DNA from: Gracilinanus agilis
Lineage: Eukaryota
Reading direction: 5' to 3'
Length of the DNA stretch: 64,000 nucleotides
Assembly: GCF_016433145.1 (NCBI RefSeq)
Contig: NC_058130.1
Location: forward strand, 45,002,834 to 45,066,833
The notes beneath the pieces are model-generated. The model saw only the letters and a list, made by a program, of their open reading frames with translations. It did no database searches and was not told where the DNA came from. Positions 1 through 11,450 of the stretch are shown here, piece by piece. Every line of letters starts with the position of its first letter. Position 1 is the stretch's first letter. A program made the position numbers and the translations under genes.

Positions 1-410
1 TCATCTCAGATGTGTTTCTTATAAATGACATATAGTAGGATTCTGATTTTTAATTTACTCTGCTATCCACTTCCATTTTATGGGTGAGTTCTTCTCATTC
101 ACATTTACAGGTATGATTACCAAAGATGTGTTCTGCTACATCTTCTTTTATTGTTTTGATCCTGATCTTTTTCCTTTCACTCTGTTCCTCCTCACCAATA
201 TTTTGCTTTTCATCATCTCCCCACTTCTTTCTCCATCCTACTACTACCCCCTTCCTTTGTCTTATTCCCTTACTACTTCTCTCATTTATCAATCATTTAA
301 AATATTTATCTAACTATATGCTTGCTATTATCTAGTTTTCTTTAGGTCTTATATTTTTCTTATCAATATAGGGTATATTGTATTCACTTATCTCCTTGAA
401 GAAATATCTG
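1..410 (-). mobile_element. Old marsupial LINE-1 fragment (ORF2 endonuclease N-terminus / inter-ORF region)
   Basis: 1-140 resembles 53095-53230 (shared cttccattttatgggtgag core), whose minus strand translates to the L1 endonuclease start. Truncated by the window edge. Confidence 0.7.
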
Positions 411-466
411 TTGATTTGGGAATTATAAAAATTAGAAATCCCATTTTTAATTTGGAAGCTTAAAGT

Positions 467-528
467 ATGTACATATATATACATACATAGATGTGTATAT
501 ATATGTATATATATGTATATATATATAC
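467..528. repeat. (TA)n/(TACA)n microsatellite
   Basis: Direct reading. Confidence 0.9.
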
Positions 529-529
529 T

Positions 530-655
530 TTCTTCCTCTGTAAATCTGTAAATTGGGGGAAATAATAGCATTTCCTTTAAGGGTTGTTGTAAGGATCAAC
601 TGAGAATACATATAAAGCACTTTATAAACCTTAATCCATTCTACAAGTACAAATT
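530..655 (+). mobile_element. MIR/CORE-SINE 3' half
   Basis: ctgtaaat..gggggaaataatagc..agggttgttgtaaggatcaa..aaagcactttataaacctta matches the MIR core and tail. Confidence 0.7.
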
Positions 656-869
656 AATATAGTAATATCATTCTTGTTTCTCATCTTCATACATACTACT
701 TCACTGGCTTCCATCGATATTAGTTGTCTCCTTGGATGTTAGATTAATATATTTTCTAGACTACTAGGACTTTATTTACACATCTGAAATCATATGTATT
801 GTATAGAGACACTTTAATATTTCAAGGAAACTTGACTTTGTCAGTATAGGTCATCCATCTTTGACATAG

Positions 870-1055
870 ACAGGAGCTCTTCTAGTACTCGGTGAATGGT
901 TTTAATTATTTTTACTTCAGTTTAATTTCATTGGTTCCTTGTATAAGTGTGTGTATGTTTCATGCATTTAAAAACATGATTCTCAGAAGGGATCCATAGG
1001 CTTTACCAAATTCCCTACCTGGTCCATGAAAGTAAAAGGGTAGAAACCCATGTCC
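870..1055. mobile_element. Ancient hAT-type DNA transposon terminal fragment (MER/MamRep class)
   Basis: tgcatttaaaaacatgattctcagaagggatccataggc..ggtccatga..aaagggtagaaaccc resembles recalled hAT termini. Exact family not assigned. Confidence 0.5.
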
Positions 1056-1318
1056 TTGAACCAATTTGGGGATGAGTCTCTGAATTAGCTGGAATGACGT
1101 TGTATCCTGTATTCAAAGCTTTTTTTTCACCTTGGGAAAATTGTAATTAAGATAGTACAAGAGAGCCTTTTCCCCAGGGGGCAGAATTTAGAGGGTGCCC
1201 TTTGTCAGAGCAGAAAAAGCAGAGTATTACACTCAATTTGTATGAATAACCATTTTAAATAATATGCTACTAAATGACATGCTGGAGTCACCTCCTTCTT
1301 CTCTCAGTGCCCTCTCCC

Positions 1319-1426
1319 CAGCTAGTGCCCTTGATCTTCTGTCTTGTCAAGAAGTGTCCTATTCCTTTTTTTCCCCTTGGGAATAGGACACTTCTTGATA
1401 AGACAGAAAATTAGGGGAACTAGCTG
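1319..1426 (+). ncRNA. Long near-perfect hairpin (candidate miRNA/hpRNA precursor or palindromic repeat remnant)
   Basis: Arms 1319-1365 and 1380-1426 pair with no bulge: 42 Watson-Crick, 3 G-U, 2 mismatches; 14-nt loop. The structure is certain; its function is unproven. Confidence 0.45.
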
Positions 1427-2169
1427 ATTGGTCAAATGTATAGTACTTGCTCCCAGTTCAGAAATGCCTAGGTAGCCCTCTTCCTCTTGATAAGACTTAC
1501 AAGAGTTTATTTTCTGTAGGAGTAACCTTTGCAAACTCAAGTGCACCCCCACATAAACAATGAAACATGTCTTTGATGCCTGGATACATCAGACATATCT
1601 TTAAAGATAATTTAAAAATATATAAGGATTTGTGATTTCATAAAGATAGAGACTCTGAATAAAGGATTTCTTTTCCCTGTGTGTAGATCAATACATTCTA
1701 GGCAGCTTAGAACCTCAGATAGCTGCCTGTGTCATGGAGCTATAATGTGACTTATACGAAGTCACACAACCTGTTTCCCAAAAGCAGAACTTGAAACCAG
1801 TTCTTCTGTAATCTGAATCCAGCTCTCTATCCAGATGTGATACATGTTTCTTCCTGTGACACTGAAAGAGTAATTGGCTTATTGAGAGACTTGAAAGCAA
1901 TGACACTAAACAAGACAGAGGTGTAACATCTTAGAGAAGGCAGAGATCTGAATTTCAGACTCTTGAAGGGGAAACGATTTGGTCACAATCAAAGACCTAT
2001 GTAGTATTGGAGTGTGGCCATAGACTATGGTCCCTGGAGCCTGGTCTAGTCCTGTTTCTATCAGATGCCACAATAGAACTGAGAGAATTCTTAACATTTT
2101 ACCTTTCTGATCTTCAGAAATATTTCATGTATTAATAGATTATTAATTACATTTGTGTTGTGTGCCAGT

Positions 2170-2366
2170 GTGTTAGAGGAAGAGAAAGAAAAGGGAAGAA
2201 AAGAGAAAGAGAGGAGAAAAAAGGAGGAAGAGGAAATAAGGTTAAGGAAGAGAGGAGAGGGAGAGAGAGACAGACAGAGGGAGACAGAGAGAGTCAGAGA
2301 CAGAGAGAGAGAAAATGAAAGAGAGAGACAGAAATTGTAAAAAAGAGACAGAGACAGACAGAGATA
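2170..2366. repeat. Polypurine (GA-rich) simple repeat
   Basis: AGG/GAGA/GACA units. Explains spurious ORFs 2155..2340 and 2091..2372. Confidence 0.9.
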
Positions 2367-4498
2367 AGTCATAAGGGCTATTTTGGAGCATCAACTCATC
2401 CATAAATCAGGCTAGAAAATACATTTTCCACCTTTATTTTTATCTGCTCCTTTTTTCAACAACTTTATCTTATATCTTTTTTATATTTTTATTTTTAATG
2501 ACAGTGTACTTTTAAGTTTTTTTTAATATTAGGGCTTCATTGGTCAGTGGACTAAATTCCTGGAGAGAGCACACCATTCGAATTCCCTTGCTCAATAGTA
2601 AGAATGATCAAAATAAGGGAAAGACAATTATTTTGAAGATTCTAACTCTATTACCCCTTCATTTAATAACTTATTGCCCCTTCAGTTTGCTATCAAACTT
2701 TGGATGGGTTGCCATTTTAACCCCTAAACGACAGCTCTACAATTGCTGTAGTTCATAATTACGTAGATATAAATTGAAAGCTCAGGAAAGCTAATATTTT
2801 AATCCCACAGAAGCAATTTTGTTGGCCTGCAAAATAGTACCTGGAGTTCTAGGATTTTTTTCTTTCTTTTTTTTCACTTTCAGAGGATCTCAACATTGAA
2901 TTTAAAAATATGTCAGAGCTCCTTTCGGGGCAAAAACATCTGCTAGAGTAATCTAATAAAAGAAAATCAGGTAAAGATGAGGTCTTTGACATATGCACTG
3001 CTGTAACTATACTTGAACAGCTCCAACCAGGTTTCTTTAGACATATTGTTAGCTGGAACAGTTTCGTGTGGAAATAGCAGTTGGAGAGGGGCAGCCACCA
3101 TCTTCCTAGGGGATTATCCTGCTTGCCCTGAATCACCCCAGGAGCCATGTGTAAAGTGGTCCTTTCATTCTTTCTTTTTTATTATGCATTATACATATGA
3201 GCTACAGGCTGATCTCTCTTCCCTGAGCCATGTAGCAGGACTTCCAAACTTGGGCTCAGGTATGAATCTGATGATCTTAGCCCTAGAAATCTAAATCATT
3301 TATATTTCTATTGAAGCAATTTTTCCTTGAAATTGGAGAAGAAAGGGAGATAAGATGCCAGCAGGAATATAATTTTATTTTTAAAAAATATTTCTCTTCA
3401 TGATCCCCCTTCTCTGATCTACTTCCTCCTGGGTTGATTCTAAGCTGCCCATGCACACCAGCAATGTTCTTTCTTAATCTAATCCCTTCTTATCTCTCTT
3501 ACCATTTTTAACCTAAACTATGACCTATTATGTTTTCTTGAATGGTCCTTGGAATTCTCAGTATGCATCATATCCTTACCAGTAGCTGGTAGTGCCTTCT
3601 TTAATGCCCGATCTATAACAACTTACTCAGCGGAGATAATAAATCTTCCCAAAAAGCAAAGGCAGTGATTTGGGTCTATAGGGAGCATCACCAAATTTAG
3701 CTAGCCTGGTCTGTCTGGAGCCATCTTATCAAAGCACAAGCAAAGGGCTTGGTGCTCTGGGGACCCTGCTGGAGAGATTGACCACACTAGGGAGTTACAA
3801 TGGATTATAGACCCATACCTTTCAACAATATGGCTTGATTTTAACCATTAGCACAATAATAATAATGACAATGATAACAACATTTTTATATAGATAGATA
3901 TTTTTTCTTTGTGACCAAAGTAGAGTACCATATACACATTTAATGAATCATTCAATGTAAATTGTCTTCTTTTATGAACTCAGGCAAAAACATCCTCTTC
4001 ATTCAAAAATATACTGCTGTATAATATGATACATCTTGTTTTAAGGAAGAGATTCTGGATATCTATGTCAGGCTATGAGACTATAGCTAGCTCTACTCTC
4101 CAAATAATGTTATAGACATGTATAATTGGAAAAAGGTGCTAAATTTCAGGTGGAGGATATTAAAAATAAAGATATAATTTTTTCCCTATGAAAGTTCAAG
4201 GACTCCCTTAAATCTATTCACATATTCCTTGATTAAACCTCTAATATCAGAGGTAGGGGAATTAGGGAAGAAAGATATATGAGCAAGTTTTGTTTGTCTG
4301 GCTCAGAGGTAGATAAAAGATTAGTCACAAACTTGCCTTTCCTGTTCTGTTAACTTTGGCAATAGTTGCTTTGAATTTTGGAAACACTGGTTTAAAGATT
4401 TGATGACGAAGATTTCCTGTTCATTCATGGCCCCTTTGTAAGGTCTGCTGTCGAGTAGGATCCTGACCCATCCAGATTAATTGTTTTGTTTTGCTTAA

Positions 4499-4699
4499 GT
4501 TTTTTTAAACCCTTACCTTCTGTCTTGGAGTCAATACTGTGTATTGGCTCCAAGGCAGAAGAGTGGTAAGGGTAGGCAATGGGGGTCAAGTGACTTGCCC
4601 AGGGTCACACAGCTGGGAAGTGACTGAGGCCAGATTTGAACCTAGGACCTCCCATCTCTAGGCCTGGCTCTCAATCCACTGAGCTACCCAGCTGCCCCC
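4499..4699 (-). mobile_element. Full-length young SINE1_Mdo-type SINE
   Basis: Minus strand has a tRNA-like head with A box TAGCTCAGTGG and B box GGTTCAAATCT, CORE gtgtgaccctgggcaagtcactt and an A tail. Flanking duplication ttgcttaa at 4491-4498 and 4700-4707. Confidence 0.95.
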
Positions 4700-4754
4700 T
4701 TGCTTAATTTTTAAAATGTATTTGATTAAATGTTTCCATGTTATGTCTAAAACA

Positions 4755-6080
4755 TTTTAATAATAATTTAAAAATTGATTTCTAAACCCTTTCCTTTCCT
4801 CCCACCACCTTGAAAAGATAACCAATTTGATATCAATTATCCATGTGAAGTCATGTAAGACATATTTCCAAAAAAGCTTGTAAAAAAAGAACAAAAATAA
4901 AACAAAAGAATAAGTGTAGAGTAAGAAAAACCATGCTTCAATCTGCATTCAGAGTTCATAATTTCTTTTCCTGGAGGTATAGCATCATGGACTCTTTGGA
5001 GTTGTCTTGGATCATTGTCTTGATCAGAGTAGCTCTTTCATAATGGATCATCCTAACATTATTGCTATTAATTATGTGCAGTGTTCTCCTGGTTCTGCTC
5101 ACTCCATTTTCTGTGTGTTTACATAATTCTTCTAAAGTTTTTTGTTTTCTGAAAGCATCCTGCTCTTCAGTCCTTGTACTACAATAGTATTCCATCACAA
5201 TCATATACCACAACTTGTTCAGCCATCCTCCAGTTTAGAAATCTTGGGTATCACAAAAAAAGAACCATTATAAATATTTTTTGTGCAAATAGGTCCTTTT
5301 CCCTTTTCTTTGATCTCTTTGAGATATAGACTTTGGAATGGTATTGCTGGGTCAAAGAGTAAACACAATTTTATAGCTTCTTGGGAATACTCCCACCCTG
5401 TTTTCTATAATGGTTAGACTAGTTCACAACTTCACCCACAGTGCAATAGTGACCCACATTTTTCCACATCTCCTCTAGCATTTTTCATTTTCCTTTTTTG
5501 TCATTTTAGACAATTTGGTAGGTGTGTAGTAGTATCTCAGAGTAGCTTTACTAGTATTTCTCTCATTAGTAGTGACTTAGAAGTAATTTTTTAATGTGAC
5601 TATTGAAAATTTTGATTTCTTCTTCTGAAAACTAGTTGTTCATATCCTGTGATCATTTATCACCTGGGAAATGACTTGTATTTTTGTTAATTTGGCTCAC
5701 TTCCCTATCTATTTGAGAAATGAGACCTTTATCAGAGAAACTGATTTAATAATTTTTCCCATTTTCTATTTTCCTTCTAATTTTGACTAAACTACTATTA
5801 TTTACAAAATTCAAAGTTATCCTTTTTAATATTTCATAGTACTTTCTATCGTTTCATTTTAAACTTTTTCCATATCCATATATCTGACAGCATATTTTTC
5901 TATGCTCCCCTAATTTACTTATGATATTTTCCTTTATATCTAAGTCATTTATCCTTTTTGACCTTACTTTGGTATACAGTGTGATATTATGATCTATGCC
6001 TTGTTTCTGCCAACCTGCTTTCCAGTTTTCCAAACAATTTCGTGAAGTGATGAGTTCTTCCTCTAAAGTCTGGATCTTTG
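4755..6080 (-). mobile_element. 5'-truncated LINE-1 (ORF2 C-terminus + 3' UTR), decayed
   Basis: ORF 5854..6117 (NCLENWKAGWQKQGID..YTKVRSKRINDLDIK) and ORF 4956..5213 (WYMIVMEYYC..SRTRRTL) match L1 ORF2 C-terminal motifs. Confidence 0.92.
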
Positions 6081-7898
6081 CCACTGAGACTGATTGTGAA
6101 GTGAAGCAGCCACACACAATACTTTTACATCTATCCAGCTCACTTTGCTCAAATAGAAATAGATTAACTGTGAGCCGAATTAAAACATGCCAGTGCTAGA
6201 TGGCATACACTGAAGTATTTTCTAGCTCGTTATCTTTATCTCTGCTCTCATTTTTAGCCTAGGTTATCACCAGTTGGATAGCTATGGTTAGTGCTACCAA
6301 AAGCCACAGTTCCTAAAAATGACATATCCATTTTTTTGTTACTTTGAACTGGGGCTGATTTTTTAAAAATTGATTTCCCATCCATAATCAGGTAAGTGAC
6401 CTTAAATCAAAGTAACTTGATGCAAGTTATCAGCACTGCCCTGGAAAATATGCAAACTCTGTATTCTTTTTAAAAATACCAAATAATTTGAGCATTAAAG
6501 GTAAATAATAGTTGATCATTATATCTACAAGATTACAGAAAGGCAGAATAATATGAGAGCTACAGAGCTGGTCTTAGCAAAAAGACCACTGTTTAGTGCT
6601 TGTCTTTGGCATATGATGGCCATAGGACCAAATTCAATAACTTCACTCCTCCTTATTCCATATAGCTCTCTAGTACTCTCTGTTTTAGGAGATCTTCCCA
6701 AATATCCCTGAGGTGCATCTGTAAAGTATTTTAAAAACTCAAATCCATATATAAATATTTGCATATTATAAATCATAACATTATTAGCAAGAATGTCTTT
6801 TGGAAGACAGAAAGCTAGCCCTAATGACAGGAAGGCCATATTTAAGTCCTCTATCTATTTTATTCTGAACAAATTGTGTAACTTCTTATTGCCCTAGGAA
6901 ATTGTCAACACTATAAATTATAGAAATGGTACAGATTTGCCTTGATAGAAGAAGTTTCATCTTCTGGAAATTCTGAATATCATTGAAATAGCAGAATCCC
7001 TATCAGTATCTCCCCCAAGAACCCATAAATAATCACCTAAGAATTATTTTGGAATTAAGCATCACCTAATATATGACCATAGATTTGAAGATAAAAAAGA
7101 CTCTAACGGCCTTAAATCCAAACCCATCTTGTTACAGATAAGGAAACTGAGGCACAAGGAAATTAAGCTATTCACAATCTATTTTTAATTTTTAATTTAT
7201 GTATGCGTAATTATTTTCTTCCCAACCAGCATGAAAACTACTTATGGGTAGGAATTGTTTCATATATATTTTCAGTACCTAGCAAATTACAGGGCATTTA
7301 ATAAATAGAAACTGATTCATTAAATGATTGCTAGATAATAATTGCCAGAATTCTGACTAGAATCTAGAAAATCTTGTGCCAAATCTAATATCCTTATAGC
7401 ACAAAATACTGCCTCCCTAAAATATCAATGCTGATCCCCTAAAATAAAATTTTATTATATTTTACTTTTTTATATAAAATAGAAATTCAAAAAGCATTCT
7501 AAAAGTATTCATATTTAATGTTGTAGAGATGATGACATAGGTTAATTGTACCAATGTACCTGGGCATACCTGATGCACAGTTAGTACCTTCCAATATATA
7601 GTACATATAGTTCATGGGAAAAAAATTATTCATGCTTCTTTTGTACAAGATCAAACAAGAGAAAACTAACTCACAAGGGGTTATTTTGAGAAAAATGGGA
7701 AGAAATTTACATTTTGTATACAATTAATAATCTTAAGTGTTTTGAACTGCAATACATATCCAAGAGGTAAAAAAATAAGTTTTGATTTTCTTGGTTGCAA
7801 ATAAGACTAGAAAATAAAGAAAAATGACTTTGAACATGTTTAACCAATTGTGGTTTAAATTCTGAGAAAGCTAGAATTAACAGCAAGATTTCTTTTGG

Positions 7899-7915
7899 AC
7901 ACACACACACATACA

Positions 7916-7982
<67 letters not shown>
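7899..7982. repeat. (CA)n followed by (TA)n microsatellite
   Basis: Direct reading. Source of the CVCVCV run in ORF 7707..8177. Confidence 0.97.
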
Positions 7983-8574
7983 AGAATCTTTCACAAAATT
8001 GGTATGATATGGATGTTGATGTAAAATATATGAGAATATCTGATGTATACTTTTAGGACACATATTGATCAGTGTCTGGACACAACAAAATAAAACATGT
8101 TGAAATAAGGAAAAGGGATAGAAGATGGAAACTCCTGGAAAGGTCCTTACATGGAGAATCAAGGGAGAGGAACTCATTATATCTCTGAACTATCAAAGGT
8201 TTGAAATTAGAAAATCATAGCATGTCAAGCCTGCAAGAGACCTTATAAAATATCAAGACTAATCCCTTCTTTAACAGATGAGGAAACTGATAGCCCATTG
8301 GTCAGTGGATCTTACTTGCTTCAGTGCTCAGGATCTCAGTTCTTTACAGTTCATCAGTAGTTTGTTTTTTAATTTCTAAAATGGGCATAAACTCCATCTT
8401 CTTTCTTAACTATAAGTACATGAGATTTGTTGTGAAGATCTTTTGAACAAATGACTAGAAAGTGTTAATTTAAAAAAAGCTATTTTATTTTTTCATTTCT
8501 TCTCTATGTGAAATAACTAAATCTTCAGTGAAAATCTCAATGTTAAACATAACAACAAACAGGAGATAAATATT

Positions 8575-8760
8575 TGACTCCTTATAGAATCATACATTTT
8601 GAGTTAGGAGGAAATTTAGAGAGTATTAAATTAAACCCCCTCATCTTACAGATAAGAAAATTTCCTCCCAGAGAAACTTAAATGACCTGACTAAGGTCAC
8701 ATAGGTTGTGAGTTTAAGAGGTGGGATTTGAATACTGGACTTTGGACTCCAAATAAAGTT
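8575..8760 (-). mobile_element. MIR/CORE-SINE
   Basis: cccctcatcttacagataagaaaat..aaatgacctgactaaggtcacatag..gggatttgaa, the antisense MIR core. Confidence 0.75.
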
Positions 8761-9849
8761 CTCTTTCTGTCTCTCCACATTCCCATTTCCCTCCCCACTC
8801 AACTTTAAGAAATAAAATATTAACAAAATTGGCAAATTAAAAGATGATTATTCATTCTACAAAAGGAATAATTTACAAATTGATATCTTATGAGATTACT
8901 CAATATAGCCACCTGTTCTGATATTATTAAATTAAAATATAATTTATAAGAATTCTATTTGCCTGCTATTTTTCAGAAGCTTATACCTTCTTAAAAATGA
9001 GGCCTGCTCACTATATCACATGCAATATCTAAATTTCAAGTTTTATTTTATATGTTTCGATGCCTATATGTGTACACCTGTTCATGTACACATATATTAA
9101 AGCTAGATTTTTTTAAAATCAGCCTCTAATTTACTCATGACATTTGTAACAAGGGATGGTAACAAATATGTTGTTTCAAATATTCTTCAGTGATACTAGA
9201 TAATAATTCTTATTTGAACTTTTCTGAATGGAAATCATAAAATTATAACCCCCAACAATTATTTTCTGTAATTTCCAGTGGTGAGTTTCTGCTGAGGCAT
9301 TTTGGCATTGATGTCCCAAGAGTTACGGGTCTCCTGAGACCAATTACAAAGGTTCAGAAGGTTGTTTTTATTTCCCTTGCTCCTGATGCCTTTTTAATGA
9401 GGCCTCCCAGTAAACAGAAAGTATGATGCTTTCCTGTTGTATTCCTGTCTGCCGCCTTCAAACATTTATTACTAATACAGCTGGGAAATGATTTATAAAT
9501 TAAATATTAGGAAAATGTACTTTAGGAAAAAAAGTAGTTAGGGGATATAATTTATAATTCTCATTTAGGGGAAAATCATGCCAGTAGTTTGCTAATGGAA
9601 GTGTGCTGAGAGTCGCTCTTGGAAACTCTGCAGTGGTTTATGTAATAAATAGAGATAATAGATGAGGGGGAGTTTGCAGTGGATGTATTTGGGCATGTGG
9701 TTCGTTCTAATAAAATGTGAACATAAAAGAAGCCAATTTGTTTTTAGACTGACCTATAGAATATTGGGGAAAATAATAAGATAAAAGAAAAACTACTTCT
9801 AAGGGCTGAGTGATACCTCAGAAGACTTTTTGCAGTAAACAAAGTCCAT

Positions 9850-10050
9850 ATGCACCATCATTAGAGGGATTATTGGTTTTGAGTCTACATTTGGCGCTTA
9901 ATTCCTATAGTGTGACTTTGAATAAGCCACTTCATCTTTCCAATAAGTTTCTTCATCTGGAAAATGGGGAGATAAAACTTTTATTACCTAATTAGTGTTA
10001 TGAAAGGTTTAAATTATTTGTAAACAGTAAGACCCTTTGTAAACAAAGGT
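9850..10050 (+). mobile_element. MIR/CORE-SINE
   Basis: tagtgtgactttgaataagccacttcatc..gtttcttcatctggaaaatggggagataa. Confidence 0.7.
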
Positions 10051-10419
10051 TGTTGTTACTAATGATAAATATTTCAGCAATATCTCTACTATCGGCCAGA
10101 ATTATTTTAAAGAGTCCTATTGCCCATGGAGATATCTTAGGTGGATTTGTGCCACTCAGTTGCCCTTAGAATTATCTGTAACATTAAGAATTTGAAGAAC
10201 TTCCTGTCATCTTTGATCTTAATTGCCTGAGATACTTAGAGATGAAATAGTTTTCTAAGGTTCATAGTATTTTAGTATAATTTTTGGATTGAAGAGGATG
10301 TATATTGAAGTTTTTCTACCTGTTGGTTTTTGACTATGTGAACTAACTTGTCCCTTGGGTAATTTAGGGATAATAAACTTGCTGATTTGTTTAGTCATAA
10401 ATAGAACCTCTTCAAACTC

Positions 10420-10830
10420 TAGTAACAATAGAATCACAGATTTAAAGGTAAAAGATACTAGGATTCATCTGATCCAATCATCTCATAATAAAAATTAAGA
10501 ACTGGATTCCCAAAGAGGATACATAATTTGCCCAAGATCCTTGAAATAAAGTGATAGAACCAGAATTCATAGAATCATAGATGGATTGTGACCTTAAAAG
10601 TTTTTTGGCCTAACCCATTCCTTTCACATTTGAGGATCTGATGCCTGAAGTTTAAGTGATTGGCACAAAATTGCACATGTAGTATGTAGCAGATCTAAGA
10701 TAGCAATCCAAGTTTCCTGGCTCCAGATTCAGCATTCTTTCCAATGATTTATGATTCACTCAGGTAGTAAATGTCAGCAAATGAGGAAAGCATTTGAATC
10801 CAGACCTTTCTACTCTTAGACCCATCAATC
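10420..10830 (-). mobile_element. Cluster of MIR/MIR3 fragments
   Basis: Repeated agaatcatagat..aaag..acct..atc..ccaa..ctcat and aagtgatt..gcacaaaatt..cacat motifs. Confidence 0.65.
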
Positions 10831-11282
10831 TATCTACTATTATGCCAAAAATTTATATTTAGAACATCTTTTATCTAAGAAACATTAAATAAGCACCAGT
10901 AATTTTATTTATCAAAACAGACTGGATAATTTATTCTAAACTTCATCTCACATTCTGGGAAGGATATGAATTGATAAAATGTTAGAATTGCATCAAATGG
11001 TAATTATTTTACAGATGAAATAATTGTGAGTAAGGGGGAGCAATACATTTATCTAAGGTCCCATCATTAATTAGAGGCAGGCTCAGGACCAGTAAATCCA
11101 GCTTTCCAGGACTCAGTTTCCCTAACCAAAATAGTCTTTCTTCTCTCTAATAGTGATTGATATGACATGACATGAATTTTTCCTTGAATTCCATAAGGGT
11201 GGAATTGTAGCATTAATGGAAGATTTTAGCAATTCTTTTTCCATATTAGGAACATACTTTTCGAGTTTTAAGAAAACTGTTG

Positions 11283-11450
11283 AGGGAAATTAAGTGGTTT
11301 GGAGAGCCAGGTCTAGAGACTAGAGGTCCTGGATTCAAATCTGGCCTCAGACGAGTCACTTAACCCTCTTTGCCTAGCCCTTACTACTCTTCTACTTTAG
11401 AACCAAAATATAATGTTGATTCTAAACTGGAATGTAAGAGTTTTTATTAA
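11283..11450 (+). mobile_element. SINE1_Mdo-type SINE with ~25-nt internal deletion
   Basis: gagagccaggtctagagac..aggtcctggattcaaatctggcctcagac joins directly to gagtcacttaaccc; the acttcctagctgtgtgaccctgggc segment seen in other copies is missing. Confidence 0.85.

Noticed and set aside
1171-1184. CTCF-like TCCCCAGGGGGCAG
   Set aside because: Mismatches at consensus positions 1 and 3; much weaker than the 48153 site.
6193-6206. CTCF-like GTGCTAGATGGCAT
   Set aside because: Lacks the conserved 5' CC.
7707-8177. Longest ORF (156 aa)
   Set aside because: Kept open by a (CA)n/(TA)n microsatellite (CVCVCV); no protein-like composition.
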